A DNA stretch of 64,000 nucleotides, taken from Ignavibacteriae bacterium HGW-Ignavibacteriae-3 (GTDB lineage: Bacteria; Bacteroidota; Ignavibacteria; Ignavibacteriales; Melioribacteraceae). The notes below the pieces were generated by a model. The model worked only from the letters and a program-made list of their open reading frames with translations. It was not told the origin of the DNA and did not search any database. The position numbers and the translations under genes were made by a program. Below, piece by piece: positions 38,548 to 49,403 of the stretch (the stretch's first letter is position 1; each line of letters opens with the position of its first letter). The stretch is from the NCBI GenBank assembly GCA_002839795.1, contig PGYS01000002.1, forward strand, positions 11,274 to 75,273, written 5' to 3'.

Positions 38548-38574
38548 TCCAAACCTTTTATTTATAAATATTTT

Positions 38575-39672
38575 TTACAGAGTAAAAACGCCCAGAGCCT
38601 GTTCATTGTAAATTTCCGTGAAATAATTAATCACATGATCTGTCATCTGCTCTGTGGAGACCAATTCGCAGCCGACTGAATCAATATCACCCGTTCTTAA
38701 ATTCTTCTGCAACGCTCGCTCAATTGCCTTCTCAATAATTTCCGCGGCTTTCTGCATTCCGAAAGAATAATTAAACATCATCGCCGCAGAGGAAATCGCA
38801 GCGATCGGATTTGCTCTGCCCCTGCCCGCAATATCAGGCGCGCTGCCATGCACCGGTTCATACAGCGAATACCTGTTCCCTAAGCTTGCAGAAGGAAGCA
38901 TGCCGAGACTTCCGGTTATCATTCCGGCGATATCGCTCAAAATATCACCGAACAGGTTAGATGTAAGGAGAACATCAAATTGTCTTGGATTTCTAACAAT
39001 CTGCATCGCAGCGTTATCGACGTACATATGATTCAATTCTACATCGGGAAATTCCTTGTGGACATCATTAACAACGTTTCTCCAGAATTGGGAGACTTCG
39101 AGGACATTAGCTTTATCAACCGAGGTAACTTTTTTTCCTCTTCCGCGTGCAGTTTTAAATGCCATTTTTGCTATGCGTTCTACTTCTACATGAGTATATA
39201 CCATTGTATTGAAGCCGCGTTTTTCATCGAAACCCCGCGGTTCGCCGAAATAAATTCCTCCCGTTAATTCGCGAAGAACAATAAAATCCGTCCCGGTTAG
39301 AATTTCTTTTTTAAGTGACGATGAATCCGCCAGCGCATCATATACTTTCGCGGGGCGGATGTTCGCATAAAGCCCGAGAGCTTTTCTTAGTTTGAGCAAT
39401 GCGGCTTCGGGTTTTAAGTTATGCGGAAGCGTTTCCCATTTCGGACCGCCCACAGCCCCGAGAAAAACCGCATCGGAATCATAGCATGTCTGGAGTACAT
39501 CGTCGGTCAACGGAGTTTTATTTTTTTCATAGGAAGAGCCGCCGATCAATTCCGTTTTAAATTCGAGTGAAACATTAAAGCTCTCGGCGGCGACCTTCAT
39601 TACTTTCACGGCCGCTTCTGTTACCTCGGGACCAATTCCATCCCCGGGAAGCAGAACAATCCTATAACTCAT
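38575..39672 (-). CDS. leuB: 3-isopropylmalate dehydrogenase
   Basis: [20 protein letters not shown] and GSAPDIAG motifs. Confidence 0.95.
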   Translation of the reverse strand: MSYRIVLLPGDGIGPEVTEAAVKVMKVAAESFNVSLEFKTELIGGSSYEKNKTPLTDDVLQTCYDSDAVFLGAVGGPKWETLPHNLKPEAALLKLRKALGLYANIRPAKVYDALADSSSLKKEILTGTDFIVLRELTGGIYFGEPRGFDEKRGFNTMVYTHVEVERIAKMAFKTARGRGKKVTSVDKANVLEVSQFWRNVVNDVHKEFPDVELNHMYVDNAAMQIVRNPRQFDVLLTSNLFGDILSDIAGMITGSLGMLPSASLGNRYSLYEPVHGSAPDIAGRGRANPIAAISSAAMMFNYSFGMQKAAEIIEKAIERALQKNLRTGDIDSVGCELVSTEQMTDHVINYFTEIYNEQALGVFTL

Positions 39673-40685
39673 ACTCCGACCTCTTCCTTTTTGTTTTTCT
39701 TAAAGAGCCAGCTCATCATTCCCCTCAATGTTTCGCCTACTTTTTCGATTGGATGCTCTCTGTTTTCTTTTCGCAGCTTATCAAAATTTTTGGAACCGGA
39801 GTTATATTCATCCAGCCATTCTTTTGCGAATTGTCCGCTCTGAATTTCCGAGAGAATTTTTTTCATCTCTTTTCTTGTTTCGGCCGTAATCAATCTGGAG
39901 CCCCTTGTCATTCCGCCATATTCAGCAGTATCGCTAACGGAATAATTCATTCTTGAAAGTCCCCCCTCGTAATAAAGATCGACGATCAGTTTCATTTCAT
40001 GCATACATTCAAAGTAAGCGAGGTCGGGTGGATATCCTGCATCAACGAGAGTTTCAAATCCCGCTTTAATCAATTCCGCCGAACCTCCGCACAATACCGC
40101 TTGCTCTCCTAACAGGTCCGTTTCCGTTTCATTTTTAAAATTTGTTTCTATAACTCCGGAACGCGCGCCGCCGATTCCCTTGGACCACGCAAGCGCTAAA
40201 CCTTTTGTATTGCCAGAAGGATCCTGATGAACAGCAATCAGGCATGGAACTCCGGATCCTTCAAGAAATGTTCTGCGGACTAAATGGCCGGGCCCTTTCG
40301 GAGCTATCATCATAACGTTTACATCGGCAGGCGGAACGATTTGTTTGTAGTGAATATTAAATCCATGACCGAAAGCCAATGTGTCGCCGGATTTCAAAGT
40401 AGGCCCAATTTCGCTTTCGTAAACCTCTCTCTGGTTTTGATCAGGCAAAAGCACCATGATTACATCCGCCCACTTAACTGCTTCGGGAACAGTTTTAACT
40501 TCGAGACCGGCATTCTCAGCTTTTTGCCATGATGAAGATGTTTTTCTTAAACCAACGCAAACATTCATTCCGCTCTCATGTAGATTTAAACTGTGAGCAT
40601 GCCCCTGGCTTCCGAAACCGAGGACTGCGATTTTTTTTGAGCTTAGCAGATTGAGATCCGCATCCTGTTCGTAATAAACTTTCAT
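39669..40685 (-). CDS. ilvC: Ketol-acid reductoisomerase (class I)
   Basis: [18 protein letters not shown] motif and LCGG...[15 protein letters not shown]. 4-nt overlap with leuB. Confidence 0.95.
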   Translation of the reverse strand: MKVYYEQDADLNLLSSKKIAVLGFGSQGHAHSLNLHESGMNVCVGLRKTSSSWQKAENAGLEVKTVPEAVKWADVIMVLLPDQNQREVYESEIGPTLKSGDTLAFGHGFNIHYKQIVPPADVNVMMIAPKGPGHLVRRTFLEGSGVPCLIAVHQDPSGNTKGLALAWSKGIGGARSGVIETNFKNETETDLLGEQAVLCGGSAELIKAGFETLVDAGYPPDLAYFECMHEMKLIVDLYYEGGLSRMNYSVSDTAEYGGMTRGSRLITAETRKEMKKILSEIQSGQFAKEWLDEYNSGSKNFDKLRKENREHPIEKVGETLRGMMSWLFKKNKKEEVGV

Positions 40686-40703
40686 TTTATTATTCCTTAT
40701 TTA

Positions 40704-41213
40704 TTATGTAACATTTTCTTTCTTTTGAATTTTCACCTGCTCGCCCCTTCTTAGAGCCACAATTCCGGTGCGGGCCATTTCTTTAATACCAAACGGGGCA
40801 AGCACATTTACGGCGGCATCAATTTTATCCGGCGGACCGGTAATCTCTATCATCATAGATTTGATTGTTATATCCACAATATTTCCCCTGAAGATGTCGC
40901 AGATATTTTTTAATTCCTCCATTGAGCCTTTATGCATACCCACCGAGATCAATGCAAGCTCTCTTTCCACGTGATAAGTTTCCGAAAGATCAACCACCTT
41001 GATTGTATCTACCAGCCGGTTAAGCTGTTTAACAACCTGATCGATAATCTGATCATCACCGTCGGTAACAATTGTCATGCGGGATACTTCCGAGATTTCT
41101 GTTTCACCCACGGAGATGCTTTTAATGTTGAATCCCTTGCCGCTGAACATTGTTGCAACGCGGTCGAACGCCCCAAAATGATTTTCAACAAGTACAGAGA
41201 TTGTGTGTTTCAT
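40704..41213 (-). CDS. ilvN: Acetolactate synthase small (regulatory, ACT-domain) subunit
   Basis: HTISVLVENHFGAFDRVATMFSGKGFNIKSISVG is the typical IlvH/IlvN ACT domain. Confidence 0.9.
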   Translation of the reverse strand: MKHTISVLVENHFGAFDRVATMFSGKGFNIKSISVGETEISEVSRMTIVTDGDDQIIDQVVKQLNRLVDTIKVVDLSETYHVERELALISVGMHKGSMEELKNICDIFRGNIVDITIKSMMIEITGPPDKIDAAVNVLAPFGIKEMARTGIVALRRGEQVKIQKKENVT

Positions 41214-41215
41214 AT

Positions 41216-42934
41216 TTATGTCATCCTTTTAGGATTTAAGCGTTTTACCATCATTTCAGAAATCGATCCGCCGGAAGGAACCATCGGAAAGACCATGTCC
41301 TCCTTTACAACTTTGAATTCGAGAAGAACCGGTTTGTTTTTTACGGCCAGTGCTTTATCTAAAAGAGATTCGACTTCTTTGGGGTTATCCGTTGAGTAAG
41401 ATTCAATTCCGAATGCTTCCCCGACTTTTACGAAATCCGGATTACTTTTGCTCAAATCAGTAAAGCTGAATTTTTCAGCATGAAACAATTCCTGCCATTG
41501 CCTCACCATTCCGAGAAAACTGTTATTGATGATTATAAATATCACAGGTACGCTGTAAGCCGACGCGGTAATCAACTCCTGAATGTTCATCTGAAATCCG
41601 CCGTCGCCGCTTATGGAGATAATCTGTTTATCCTTAACCGCAAATGAGGCTCCTATTGCAGCGGGAACAGAAAATCCCATCGTGCCCAATCCTCCGCTGG
41701 TAAGGTTTGTGCGCGGATAATTGTACTTAAAGTACTGAGCGGTCCACATCTGATGCTGGCCGACGTCTGTTACAATTACAGCTTCGCCTTTTGTTTTTTC
41801 TGACAGTTTTTCAATAATATATTCTGTTCTAAGCCTTCCATCTTTATCCTCGTAGACCAGGGGGCATTCATCTTTCCAGGAATTAATCTGCGCCCACCAT
41901 TCCCCGGTATCCGGTGATTTGGAAATTTCAGACGCCATCTCGGCAAGAATATGTTTAACATCTCCTACTATCGGTAAATCGACAACAACATTTTTATCAA
42001 TGCATGTAGGATCAATATCAACATGAATTTTGTAAGCATTTGTCGCAAACGTTTCAACTTTTCCCGTAACCCTGTCATCGAACCGTGCGCCGAGAGAAAC
42101 AAGAACATCGCAATTGTTCACCGCCTGGTTTGCCCAATAAGTTCCATGCATTCCCAGCATACCGAGAGATAATTCATCGGTTCCGGGAAAAGCACCAAGA
42201 CCCTGGAGTGTCATTGTAACAGGCAATTTATTTTCGTGGGCAAAAAGCGACAGCTCTCTAAAACCTCCGGACATAATCACTCCGCCGCCGACATAAAGAA
42301 GGGGTTTTTTTGCGGCTGCAATTACTTCCGCTGCTTTTTTAATTTGATTTACATGCCCCTTATAATTCGGTTTGTATCCTCTTATTTCAACATCCTCCGG
42401 ATAAACAAATTCACAATAAGAATTAATTACATCCTTGGGCAGATCAACAACAACCGGTCCCGGTCTTCCCGTGCATGCTATATAAAAAGCCTTGCGAATA
42501 GTTGAGGCAAGTTCTTTTATGTCCCTTACAAGAAAATTATGTTTTGTGATCGGGCGCGTGATTCCAATTATGTCGGCTTCCTGAAAAGCATCGTTTCCTA
42601 TAAGATGTGAGGGCACTTGTCCCGTAAAGACCACTATCGGAACTGAGTCCATATACGCGTCAGCAATTCCGGTGACTGTGTTAGTTGCCCCCGGACCTGA
42701 TGTGACAAGAACAACTCCCGGCTTTCCGGATGCTTTTGCATAACCTTCGGCCGCATGTACCGCTCCTTGTTCATGACGGACAAGGATATGCTTAAGAAAA
42801 TCAACATCATAAAGATGTTCATAAAGTTTTAGTACGGCTCCCCCCGGATAACCAAAGATATATTCGACTTTTTCGCGCCTCAAACATTCAAAGAATATAT
42901 CAGCGCCTGCCATTAATTTTTCTGGAGTTTTCAT
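41216..42934 (-). CDS. ilvB: Acetolactate synthase large subunit (ThDP-dependent)
   Basis: HEQGAVHAAEGYA, ThDP motif GDGGFQMNIQEL...NN and GLGTMGF. Confidence 0.95.
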   Translation of the reverse strand: MKTPEKLMAGADIFFECLRREKVEYIFGYPGGAVLKLYEHLYDVDFLKHILVRHEQGAVHAAEGYAKASGKPGVVLVTSGPGATNTVTGIADAYMDSVPIVVFTGQVPSHLIGNDAFQEADIIGITRPITKHNFLVRDIKELASTIRKAFYIACTGRPGPVVVDLPKDVINSYCEFVYPEDVEIRGYKPNYKGHVNQIKKAAEVIAAAKKPLLYVGGGVIMSGGFRELSLFAHENKLPVTMTLQGLGAFPGTDELSLGMLGMHGTYWANQAVNNCDVLVSLGARFDDRVTGKVETFATNAYKIHVDIDPTCIDKNVVVDLPIVGDVKHILAEMASEISKSPDTGEWWAQINSWKDECPLVYEDKDGRLRTEYIIEKLSEKTKGEAVIVTDVGQHQMWTAQYFKYNYPRTNLTSGGLGTMGFSVPAAIGASFAVKDKQIISISGDGGFQMNIQELITASAYSVPVIFIIINNSFLGMVRQWQELFHAEKFSFTDLSKSNPDFVKVGEAFGIESYSTDNPKEVESLLDKALAVKNKPVLLEFKVVKEDMVFPMVPSGGSISEMMVKRLNPKRMT

Positions 42935-42936
42935 TT

Positions 42937-44634
42937 TCAGTTCTTTCCGCTGTGATTGTCAAAATTTTTTAGTACCGCGCCGGTGTTTGCCGAGGAGACC
43001 ATTCTCGCATAGCGGGCAAGGTAACCGGATTTAATCTTTGGCTCGAACAAAGGAAGTTCACTTAATCTTTTTGATATTTCCTCATCGTTCAATTCAACAT
43101 TTATCGTTCTGTCTGGAATATCAATTTTAATGATGTCTCCATTTTGAATAGCGGCGATAGGCCCCCGCTCAGCCGCCTCCGGAGAAATATGCCCTATGCA
43201 TGCGCCTCTTGTTCCGCCCGAAAATCTTCCGTCGGTTATCAGAGCAACTTTATCCCCCAGCCCCAATCCCATTATTACACTGGTAGGAGAAAGCATTTCC
43301 GGCATACCGGGACCACCTTTCGGACCTTCATACCTTATGACAACAACGTCTCCCGGTTTTACTTCTCCTTTTAAAATTCTCTCAACCGCTTCTTCCTGCG
43401 ATTCAAATATTCTGGCGGGTCCAGAAAAAACTTTCATTTCTTCGCTGACTGCTCCTGTTTTTACAACGGATCCGTCCGGGGCAATATTTCCAAACAGTAT
43501 TGAGAGTCCGCCGGTTTTAGAATAAGGATTTTCAACAGTTTTAATTACAGTGCTGTCAAGAATTTTAGATTCTGAAATATTTTCGCCGATAGTTTTTCCG
43601 GTAACTGTGGGGCAGGATAAATCGAGCACTCCCGCTTTCGAAATTTCGTTCAGTATCGCGGAAATTCCCCCTGCTCTGTCAACATCTTCCATGTGAACAT
43701 TTTTTGTTGCGGGACTTACTTTGCAGATATATGGCACACTATCAGAAATATCATTTAAAATTTTCAAATCAAAATCTATATGAGCTTCATTTGCAATAGC
43801 GAGCGCATGGAGGACTGTGTTGGTGCTTCCGCCCATTGCCATATCAAGAGCGAATGCATTAATAAAAGATTTTCTCGAAAGTATTTTACTTGGTTTAAGA
43901 TCTTTCTCAACAAGGTACATGATCTGCTTCGCCGCTTTAACAGCAAGTACTTTTCTTTGAGGTGAAACCGCAAGGATTGATCCGTTACCGGGAAGGGCAA
44001 GCCCCAAAGCTTCCATCAGGCAGTTCATGGAATTTGCGGTGAACATACCCGAACAGGATCCGCAGGTAGGACATCCGAAGTTTTCATACTCTAATAATTT
44101 TTTCTCATCTATTCCTCCCGCCTGGAATTTCCCGACCCCTTCAAAGACGGAAATCAAATCTACTTTTTCACCATCCGGAGTTACACCGGCCTTCATCGGG
44201 CCGCCGGAAATAAAAATTGTAGGAACATCAATCCGCACCGCCGCCATCAGCATGCCGGGAACAATCTTGTCGCAGTTGGGAATACAAACCATTCCATCGA
44301 GACGATGAGCTTCAACAACCGTTTCAACGCTGTCGGCAATCAATTCGCGGCTCGGCAAAGAATAGCGCATTCCAAGATGCCCCATTGCAATTCCGTCATC
44401 AACACCGATAGTGTTGAATTCAAATGGAACTCCGCCGGCTTCGCGTACCGCTTCTTTAATAACTCTGCCGAATTCCTGAAGATGCACATGACCGGGAATT
44501 AAATCTATATAAGAATTACAGATACCAATAAAGGGTTTGTTGAAATCCGCATCACTTTTGATGACGCCGGTTGCTTTCAATAGGCTTCTGTGTGGAGCTT
44601 TTTCAAACCCTTTTTTGATTAAATCAGACCGCAT
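42937..44634 (-). CDS. ilvD: Dihydroxy-acid dehydratase
   Basis: [24 protein letters not shown] and [12 protein letters not shown] motifs. GGAG lies 7 nt upstream of the ATG. Confidence 0.95.
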   Translation of the reverse strand: MRSDLIKKGFEKAPHRSLLKATGVIKSDADFNKPFIGICNSYIDLIPGHVHLQEFGRVIKEAVREAGGVPFEFNTIGVDDGIAMGHLGMRYSLPSRELIADSVETVVEAHRLDGMVCIPNCDKIVPGMLMAAVRIDVPTIFISGGPMKAGVTPDGEKVDLISVFEGVGKFQAGGIDEKKLLEYENFGCPTCGSCSGMFTANSMNCLMEALGLALPGNGSILAVSPQRKVLAVKAAKQIMYLVEKDLKPSKILSRKSFINAFALDMAMGGSTNTVLHALAIANEAHIDFDLKILNDISDSVPYICKVSPATKNVHMEDVDRAGGISAILNEISKAGVLDLSCPTVTGKTIGENISESKILDSTVIKTVENPYSKTGGLSILFGNIAPDGSVVKTGAVSEEMKVFSGPARIFESQEEAVERILKGEVKPGDVVVIRYEGPKGGPGMPEMLSPTSVIMGLGLGDKVALITDGRFSGGTRGACIGHISPEAAERGPIAAIQNGDIIKIDIPDRTINVELNDEEISKRLSELPLFEPKIKSGYLARYARMVSSANTGAVLKNFDNHSGKN

Positions 44635-44648
44635 TGAATCTCCGAAAT

Positions 44649-44677
44649 AAAAAAACCTTCAGAAATTTCTCAGGGTT
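44649..44677 (-). terminator. Candidate attenuator terminator just upstream of ilvD
   Basis: Minus-strand RNA AACCCUGAGAAAUUUCUGAAGGUU followed by U7 ends 14 nt before the ilvD ATG. The stem is imperfect (two mismatches). Its 5' arm AACCC can alternatively pair with GGGUU (44683-44687). Confidence 0.35.
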
Positions 44678-44745
44678 CGGTTAACCCCAATCTGATCATT
44701 TGCTTAAATATATTTTGATATGAATTTGGAATTAACCTATTATTT

Positions 44746-44907
44746 TCAGCCTTGTATGGTAATTAGAATACCAAGAAGGCTAAGAATAATAATAATCCCT
44801 AGGAGAATAATTGAAGGTGAGTTAGTAATAGAAAAAGACGCAGCGCCACTGATACCCGTTCCGGTACGTGCGAACAAAGAATCAATATTTAGCGTTACGT
44901 TTTTCAT
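44746..44907 (-). CDS. Candidate Ile/Leu-rich leader peptide of the ilv-leu operon
   Basis: 53-aa ORF (63 aa from the ATG at 44937) ending SIILLGIIIILSLLGILITIQG, with 15 of the last 22 residues Ile or Leu. Its stop lies 111 nt upstream of ilvD. It could instead be a small membrane protein. Confidence 0.35.
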   Translation of the reverse strand: MKNVTLNIDSLFARTGTGISGAASFSITNSPSIILLGIIIILSLLGILITIQG

Positions 44908-45033
44908 TTTAGTTTTATCGTGGGACGAAGATAGCATTAGAAAAATGTCATGTCAAGAGAAAAAATATAATATCGATTTTTTTTTAAAGATAGAGAATTA
45001 AATCGGGCGTCCAAGTCGGATACTAATTTAATT

Positions 45034-45681
45034 TCATTCCGGATAAATTATTTTTACCAGGCTAAATATCTCATCAATCAGAAAATCGGGTTTCTGTTTT
45101 TTTAATTCTTCGCGGGATCTGTATCCGTACGAAACTCCGCATGTCATTGCGCCGGCATTCTGTCCGCATTGAATATCCATTTCAGAGTCTCCCACCATAA
45201 GAATGTTTCTGACATCTATATTTATGTCACTGCAAATTTTTAAGAGCGGTTCAGGCGATGGTTTATGGGCAATTCCCGGACGGCGGCCCATTACATAATC
45301 AAATTTATCAAATAAAGAAAAATGCTTTAAAATTTTTTCCGCCTGATCCTGCCCCTTAGTTGTAAGCAGGCCGATTTTGAGTTTATTTTCACGCAGCTTC
45401 TTTAAAATGTCCTCAACTCCCGGATAAACAAAGGAGCGATTGATGAAATCAAAGTAGACGGATTTATAAACATTTATAAACTGTTCGAAATCCGGAACAG
45501 AGAAACCAAATTCTTCAAAAATATCTTCGAAGTGGAGTCCGATCATATTATAAAATTTTTGTTCCGGCATTTCTGTCATGATGCCAATTTCTTTAAGGGA
45601 ATGTTGGGTTGCTTTATATATGGTTTCATGGGACCTGATTAGAGTTCCATCCAGGTCAAACACAACAAGATTTATCGTCAT
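45034..45681 (-). CDS. HAD-superfamily hydrolase (phosphoglycolate phosphatase-like)
   Basis: Motif I VVFDLDGTL, motif II LLTTK and motif IV MVGDSEMDIQCGQNAG. Confidence 0.85.
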   Translation of the reverse strand: MTINLVVFDLDGTLIRSHETIYKATQHSLKEIGIMTEMPEQKFYNMIGLHFEDIFEEFGFSVPDFEQFINVYKSVYFDFINRSFVYPGVEDILKKLRENKLKIGLLTTKGQDQAEKILKHFSLFDKFDYVMGRRPGIAHKPSPEPLLKICSDINIDVRNILMVGDSEMDIQCGQNAGAMTCGVSYGYRSREELKKQKPDFLIDEIFSLVKIIYPE

Positions 45682-45737
45682 TAAAATATGCCGTTAAAAT
45701 TAGTGAACAGAAATCAATTGCGTGCTGCCGGTAAAAT

Positions 45738-46157
45738 TCAAATAGGCCAGGCGCCGATAATAATTCCGAATATGAGAATTACAATCAGATGATGGCCCGA
45801 ATCGACTAATAGCAGTTTTACGGACTTTCCTTCGAACATTGAGTTGATAATCATAGGCGCAAGAATAAAACCGAACCAGCATAAAAATGATAGCCGGATT
45901 CCGGATGCAACGGTAGTTGCATTAATGTGCGCCATCACTTGAGCCAGAGAAAAAGCAATGAACAAATTGCACAGAAACGCGATACCGTAAGTTTTAATTG
46001 GGTTGAAATCTTTTTTTAATTCTTCTTCGGATTTATCGATCTCTTCCATCCATGTTCTTCCAAGAAGGATCGGACTGTACCAGACAAATCCGATAATCAT
46101 AGAAACTACCCCGCAAACCAAAACTGCTAAATAATTAACCTGTAATATTACCGGCAT
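45738..46157 (-). CDS. DUF1761-family small membrane protein
   Basis: Four hydrophobic helices. The N-terminus NYLAVLVCGVVSMIIGFVWYSPILLGRTWME resembles DUF1761. Confidence 0.55.
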   Translation of the reverse strand: MPVILQVNYLAVLVCGVVSMIIGFVWYSPILLGRTWMEEIDKSEEELKKDFNPIKTYGIAFLCNLFIAFSLAQVMAHINATTVASGIRLSFLCWFGFILAPMIINSMFEGKSVKLLLVDSGHHLIVILIFGIIIGAWPI

Positions 46158-46238
46158 TTATCCTCCTGAAGTATAAATATTATTCCCCCTTATTGATTGT
46201 AGATCCGGAATTAAAATTTTTATTAAACGAAAACCGGT

Positions 46239-47237
46239 TTATTCTTTGTAAATCATTACAACCGGCGATTCGTTATTCAGATAATATCCGCGGTACATTC
46301 CGCTCGTATTAAAAGGCATTGCAATATTACCGTTTTTATCTATGGCAATTATTCCCCCATCACCGCCTAATTTACCAAGTTTATTTACAGTTACTTCGGA
46401 AGCCGCATCAATCAATGATAAATTTTTATATTCCATTAAGGCGGATATATCCCGCGCGACGCCTAAACGGATAAAATATTCACCGTGGCCCGTTGCAGAA
46501 ATTGCGCAAGTATTATTATTGGCATAAGTGCCTGCGCCTATAATGGGGGCGTCGCCGACCCTTCCGAATTTTTTCATCATCATTCCGCCGGTGGAAGTTC
46601 CCGCCGCAAGATTTCCGTGTTTATCAAGAGCAACAGCACCGACCGTTCCGTGTTTTTCGGTTTTCTTTTTTTCTTCTTCCCGCTTTAATATTCTCTGATA
46701 AGATTCCCATCTTTCTTTGGTGATGAAATAACTGTTCTCGACCATTTCAATATTATTTTCTTTTCCGAACTCTTCTGCGCCCTCTCCGACCATCATGACA
46801 TGCGGCGATTTTTCCATAACTAAACGGGCTAAATTAATCGGATTTTTTACATGCTTCACTCCGGCGACCGCGCCGGCCATCAAATTTTTTCCATCCATTA
46901 TTGACGCGTCAAGTTCGGCGGCTCCTTTTTCGGTGAGCACTGCACCCTTACCCGCATTGAAAAGAGGTGAATCCTCCATGATATTAATAGAGGCGTTTAC
47001 TGCGTCTAAAGCGGCGCCCCCGCTGCTTAGAATTTTATGACCCGCTTCAAGAGCTTCATTCAATTTCGCAATGTACTCCGCTTCCCTGTCAGGAGTCATA
47101 TTGGCTTTTATTATAGTGCCGGCGCCCCCATGAATTACTATTCCGAATTTTCCGGACTGGGCGAATACCGGTTGTGAAAAGAAAATTGCCAAAATGAAAA
47201 TAATTTTTATGATGTAATACTTCATAATTGCTCTCAT
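46239..47237 (-). CDS. Isoaspartyl peptidase / L-asparaginase (Ntn hydrolase)
   Basis: Signal peptide, IHGGAG, autoprocessing site HGTVGAVALD and GAGTYANN. An alternative start at 47225 is possible. Confidence 0.9.
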   Translation of the reverse strand: MRAIMKYYIIKIIFILAIFFSQPVFAQSGKFGIVIHGGAGTIIKANMTPDREAEYIAKLNEALEAGHKILSSGGAALDAVNASINIMEDSPLFNAGKGAVLTEKGAAELDASIMDGKNLMAGAVAGVKHVKNPINLARLVMEKSPHVMMVGEGAEEFGKENNIEMVENSYFITKERWESYQRILKREEEKKKTEKHGTVGAVALDKHGNLAAGTSTGGMMMKKFGRVGDAPIIGAGTYANNNTCAISATGHGEYFIRLGVARDISALMEYKNLSLIDAASEVTVNKLGKLGGDGGIIAIDKNGNIAMPFNTSGMYRGYYLNNESPVVMIYKE

Positions 47238-47368
47238 CTCCTGAAATGGGTTTCAAATTATCTACACAGACTCTAAAAATCAATTTTAGAACAGGATTAT
47301 AAATGCTATGAAATGTTTTGCTTAATAGATAAATTTAAGCAACTATAATATAAACAGGTGGAGCAGAT

Positions 47369-48532
47369 ATGAAGCCCCGACATATTTTATTCTTATTCCT
47401 CGCGGTAATTGTATTTCCCGATCTCGTCAACGCCCAGGGAAAGAAAAAGAAAGATGTTTATGAATTCGAGATTGTTAAAGAAATAATGACTACTCCGGTT
47501 AAAAATCAGGCAAATACCGGAACATGCTGGTCATTCGCCACGACTTCCTTTGTAGAAACCGAACTCATACGTATGGGAAAAGGCGAACATATTCTTTCGC
47601 CTATGTTCAATGTACGTTATTCATATCTCCCCAAGGCAGTAAATTATGTGCGCTATTCAGGAGCTGCAACTTTTGGGATGGGCGGGCAAGCTCACGATGC
47701 AATGAATGTGATCAGACAGCATGGTTTTATCCCGGAAGAAATTTATAACGGGATGAACATAGGAGAGGAAAAACACAATCATGCGGAAATGGATGGCGTG
47801 CTTAAAGCAATTGTTGATGCAATTTCCAGAGCCCGGGGCGGTAAAATTACTCCAAGATGGCAGGAAGTATGCGAATCTTCGCTGGGTATATATCTCGGAA
47901 ATCCGCCCAAAGAATTTTCTTATATGGGAAAAATTTATACTCCAAAAAGTTTTGCAGAGTCCACCGGGTTCAACCCCGACGACTATGTTGAAATAACATC
48001 CTATACTCATCATCCATTCTATTCGAAATTTGATCTCGAGGTTCCGGATAATTGGAGTAAAGCTCAGTATTACAATGTTCCTATAGATGATCTTATGAAG
48101 ATTATCGACAACTCGATTATGAACGGATACTCCGTTGCCTGGGACGGTGATACAAGTGAAAAATATTTCAACAGAAAAAAGAGTGTGTCCATAGTTCCCC
48201 TTGACGAGGAAGCGCCCGCGACGGAAGACGCCAAGAAAGAAGATGCCGAAGATGAAACACCCGAGACCGAAAAGGCGGTAACCCAGTTGATGCGCCAGGA
48301 GACATTTGACAATCACACGACAACGGATGACCACCTGATGCATCTCACGGGAATCGCAAAAGACCAGAACGGAAATAAATTTTATTATACAAAAAACTCA
48401 TGGGGAACAAAGGATAAACTTTATGGCGGATACTGGTATATGTCCATACAGTATGTACGTTTGAAAACTATTGCCATCATGGTACATAAGGATACAATAC
48501 CCATAGAGATTAAAACAAAACTTGGTTTGTAA
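47369..48532 (+). CDS. pepC: Aminopeptidase C / bleomycin hydrolase-type C1 cysteine peptidase
   Basis: QANTGTCWSFATTSF (catalytic Cys), HLMHLTG (His) and NSWG (Asn) contexts. Confidence 0.85.
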   Translation: MKPRHILFLFLAVIVFPDLVNAQGKKKKDVYEFEIVKEIMTTPVKNQANTGTCWSFATTSFVETELIRMGKGEHILSPMFNVRYSYLPKAVNYVRYSGAATFGMGGQAHDAMNVIRQHGFIPEEIYNGMNIGEEKHNHAEMDGVLKAIVDAISRARGGKITPRWQEVCESSLGIYLGNPPKEFSYMGKIYTPKSFAESTGFNPDDYVEITSYTHHPFYSKFDLEVPDNWSKAQYYNVPIDDLMKIIDNSIMNGYSVAWDGDTSEKYFNRKKSVSIVPLDEEAPATEDAKKEDAEDETPETEKAVTQLMRQETFDNHTTTDDHLMHLTGIAKDQNGNKFYYTKNSWGTKDKLYGGYWYMSIQYVRLKTIAIMVHKDTIPIEIKTKLGL

Positions 48533-48544
48533 ATAATAATATAT

Positions 48545-48566
48545 GGGGCCTGATTAATCAGGCTCC
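48545..48566. terminator. Stem-loop between convergent genes
   Basis: ggggcctga-ttaa-tcaggctcc forms a 9-bp stem (one G-U) with a 4-nt loop, between the stops at 48532 (+) and 48604 (-). No strong U-run. Confidence 0.45.
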
Positions 48567-48603
48567 TCAGATTAATAGATTAAGATGATTTTTACATTTT
48601 CAA

Positions 48604-49263
48604 TTACATTTGAATCAGAGCTTCTCTATTCCTATCGATCCAATATCCCCAGAAAACAAACAGCCACATAAATAACCCGGCTATCGCAATCGCGGTTTCG
48701 GATGGGGGCGGGGAGCCGAATATATTCACAAAATATATCACGCCAAGAAATATGAGCAGAGCCCATATGCCATACCTTCCCTTTTTACTTCCTGATTTGG
48801 TCACGCTTAAATAGAGATAGGAGCCGGCCGCAAAAATTGATCCCTCAATAATTATTGTTAGTATAACTGAATTCCACAATCCAAGTCCAACTTTCAAATC
48901 CGACCCTGGAAGCACGGGAAGATCGGGGCGGTGAGTTATAAGATCGAGTATCCAGTGGCTCATTACAATAGCGGCTAATAGAAGAGAGCTTTTAATATTT
49001 TTTTTATATAAAAAATATACAAATCCAAAGAGGACCGACCAGACAAGAACTCCCAAGAAACTATGGGTATAAGGATATGAGACAAAATCCAATGGTGTAA
49101 ACGCTGTGTTGCCCGGTTCAATCTTAACATGTTCAATGCCCAGCAGCAAAAACACTGGGCAGAGAAGATCGATAAACTGTGCAGCAAGAAATAATGTTCC
49201 CAGAGAAATTTTTTTGTCTAGTTTCTTGGCGGCTAATCCGGTTCCGAAGTGTCCGATAAACAT
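48604..49263 (-). CDS. Membrane-bound metal-dependent hydrolase-like protein (YdjM/DUF457-like)
   Basis: MFIGHFG N-terminus, six or more hydrophobic helices and His-containing loops (YTHS, SHWILDLITH). Confidence 0.5.
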   Translation of the reverse strand: MFIGHFGTGLAAKKLDKKISLGTLFLAAQFIDLLCPVFLLLGIEHVKIEPGNTAFTPLDFVSYPYTHSFLGVLVWSVLFGFVYFLYKKNIKSSLLLAAIVMSHWILDLITHRPDLPVLPGSDLKVGLGLWNSVILTIIIEGSIFAAGSYLYLSVTKSGSKKGRYGIWALLIFLGVIYFVNIFGSPPPSETAIAIAGLFMWLFVFWGYWIDRNREALIQM

Positions 49264-49403
49264 AGCGAATGTCCTTTTTGTCTTGAAATTTAATTACCGT
49301 CAATTTTACAGGCAAGAAGAATTTAGACCTGTTCAGTTTGGCGCGAAAGAGAAACAGAATTTTTTTATGTATATTAAACCGAAATCACAAAAGGAGAATA
49401 TCT

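Noticed and set aside
47657-48343. 228-aa minus-strand ORF inside pepC
   Set aside because: It lies entirely antisense to a well-supported C1 peptidase gene, has odd composition and no recognisable motif. It is most likely a chance open frame. The same applies to the many 60-170 aa track ORFs nested in ilv/leu, uvrB, the S9 peptidase, the giant ORF and others.
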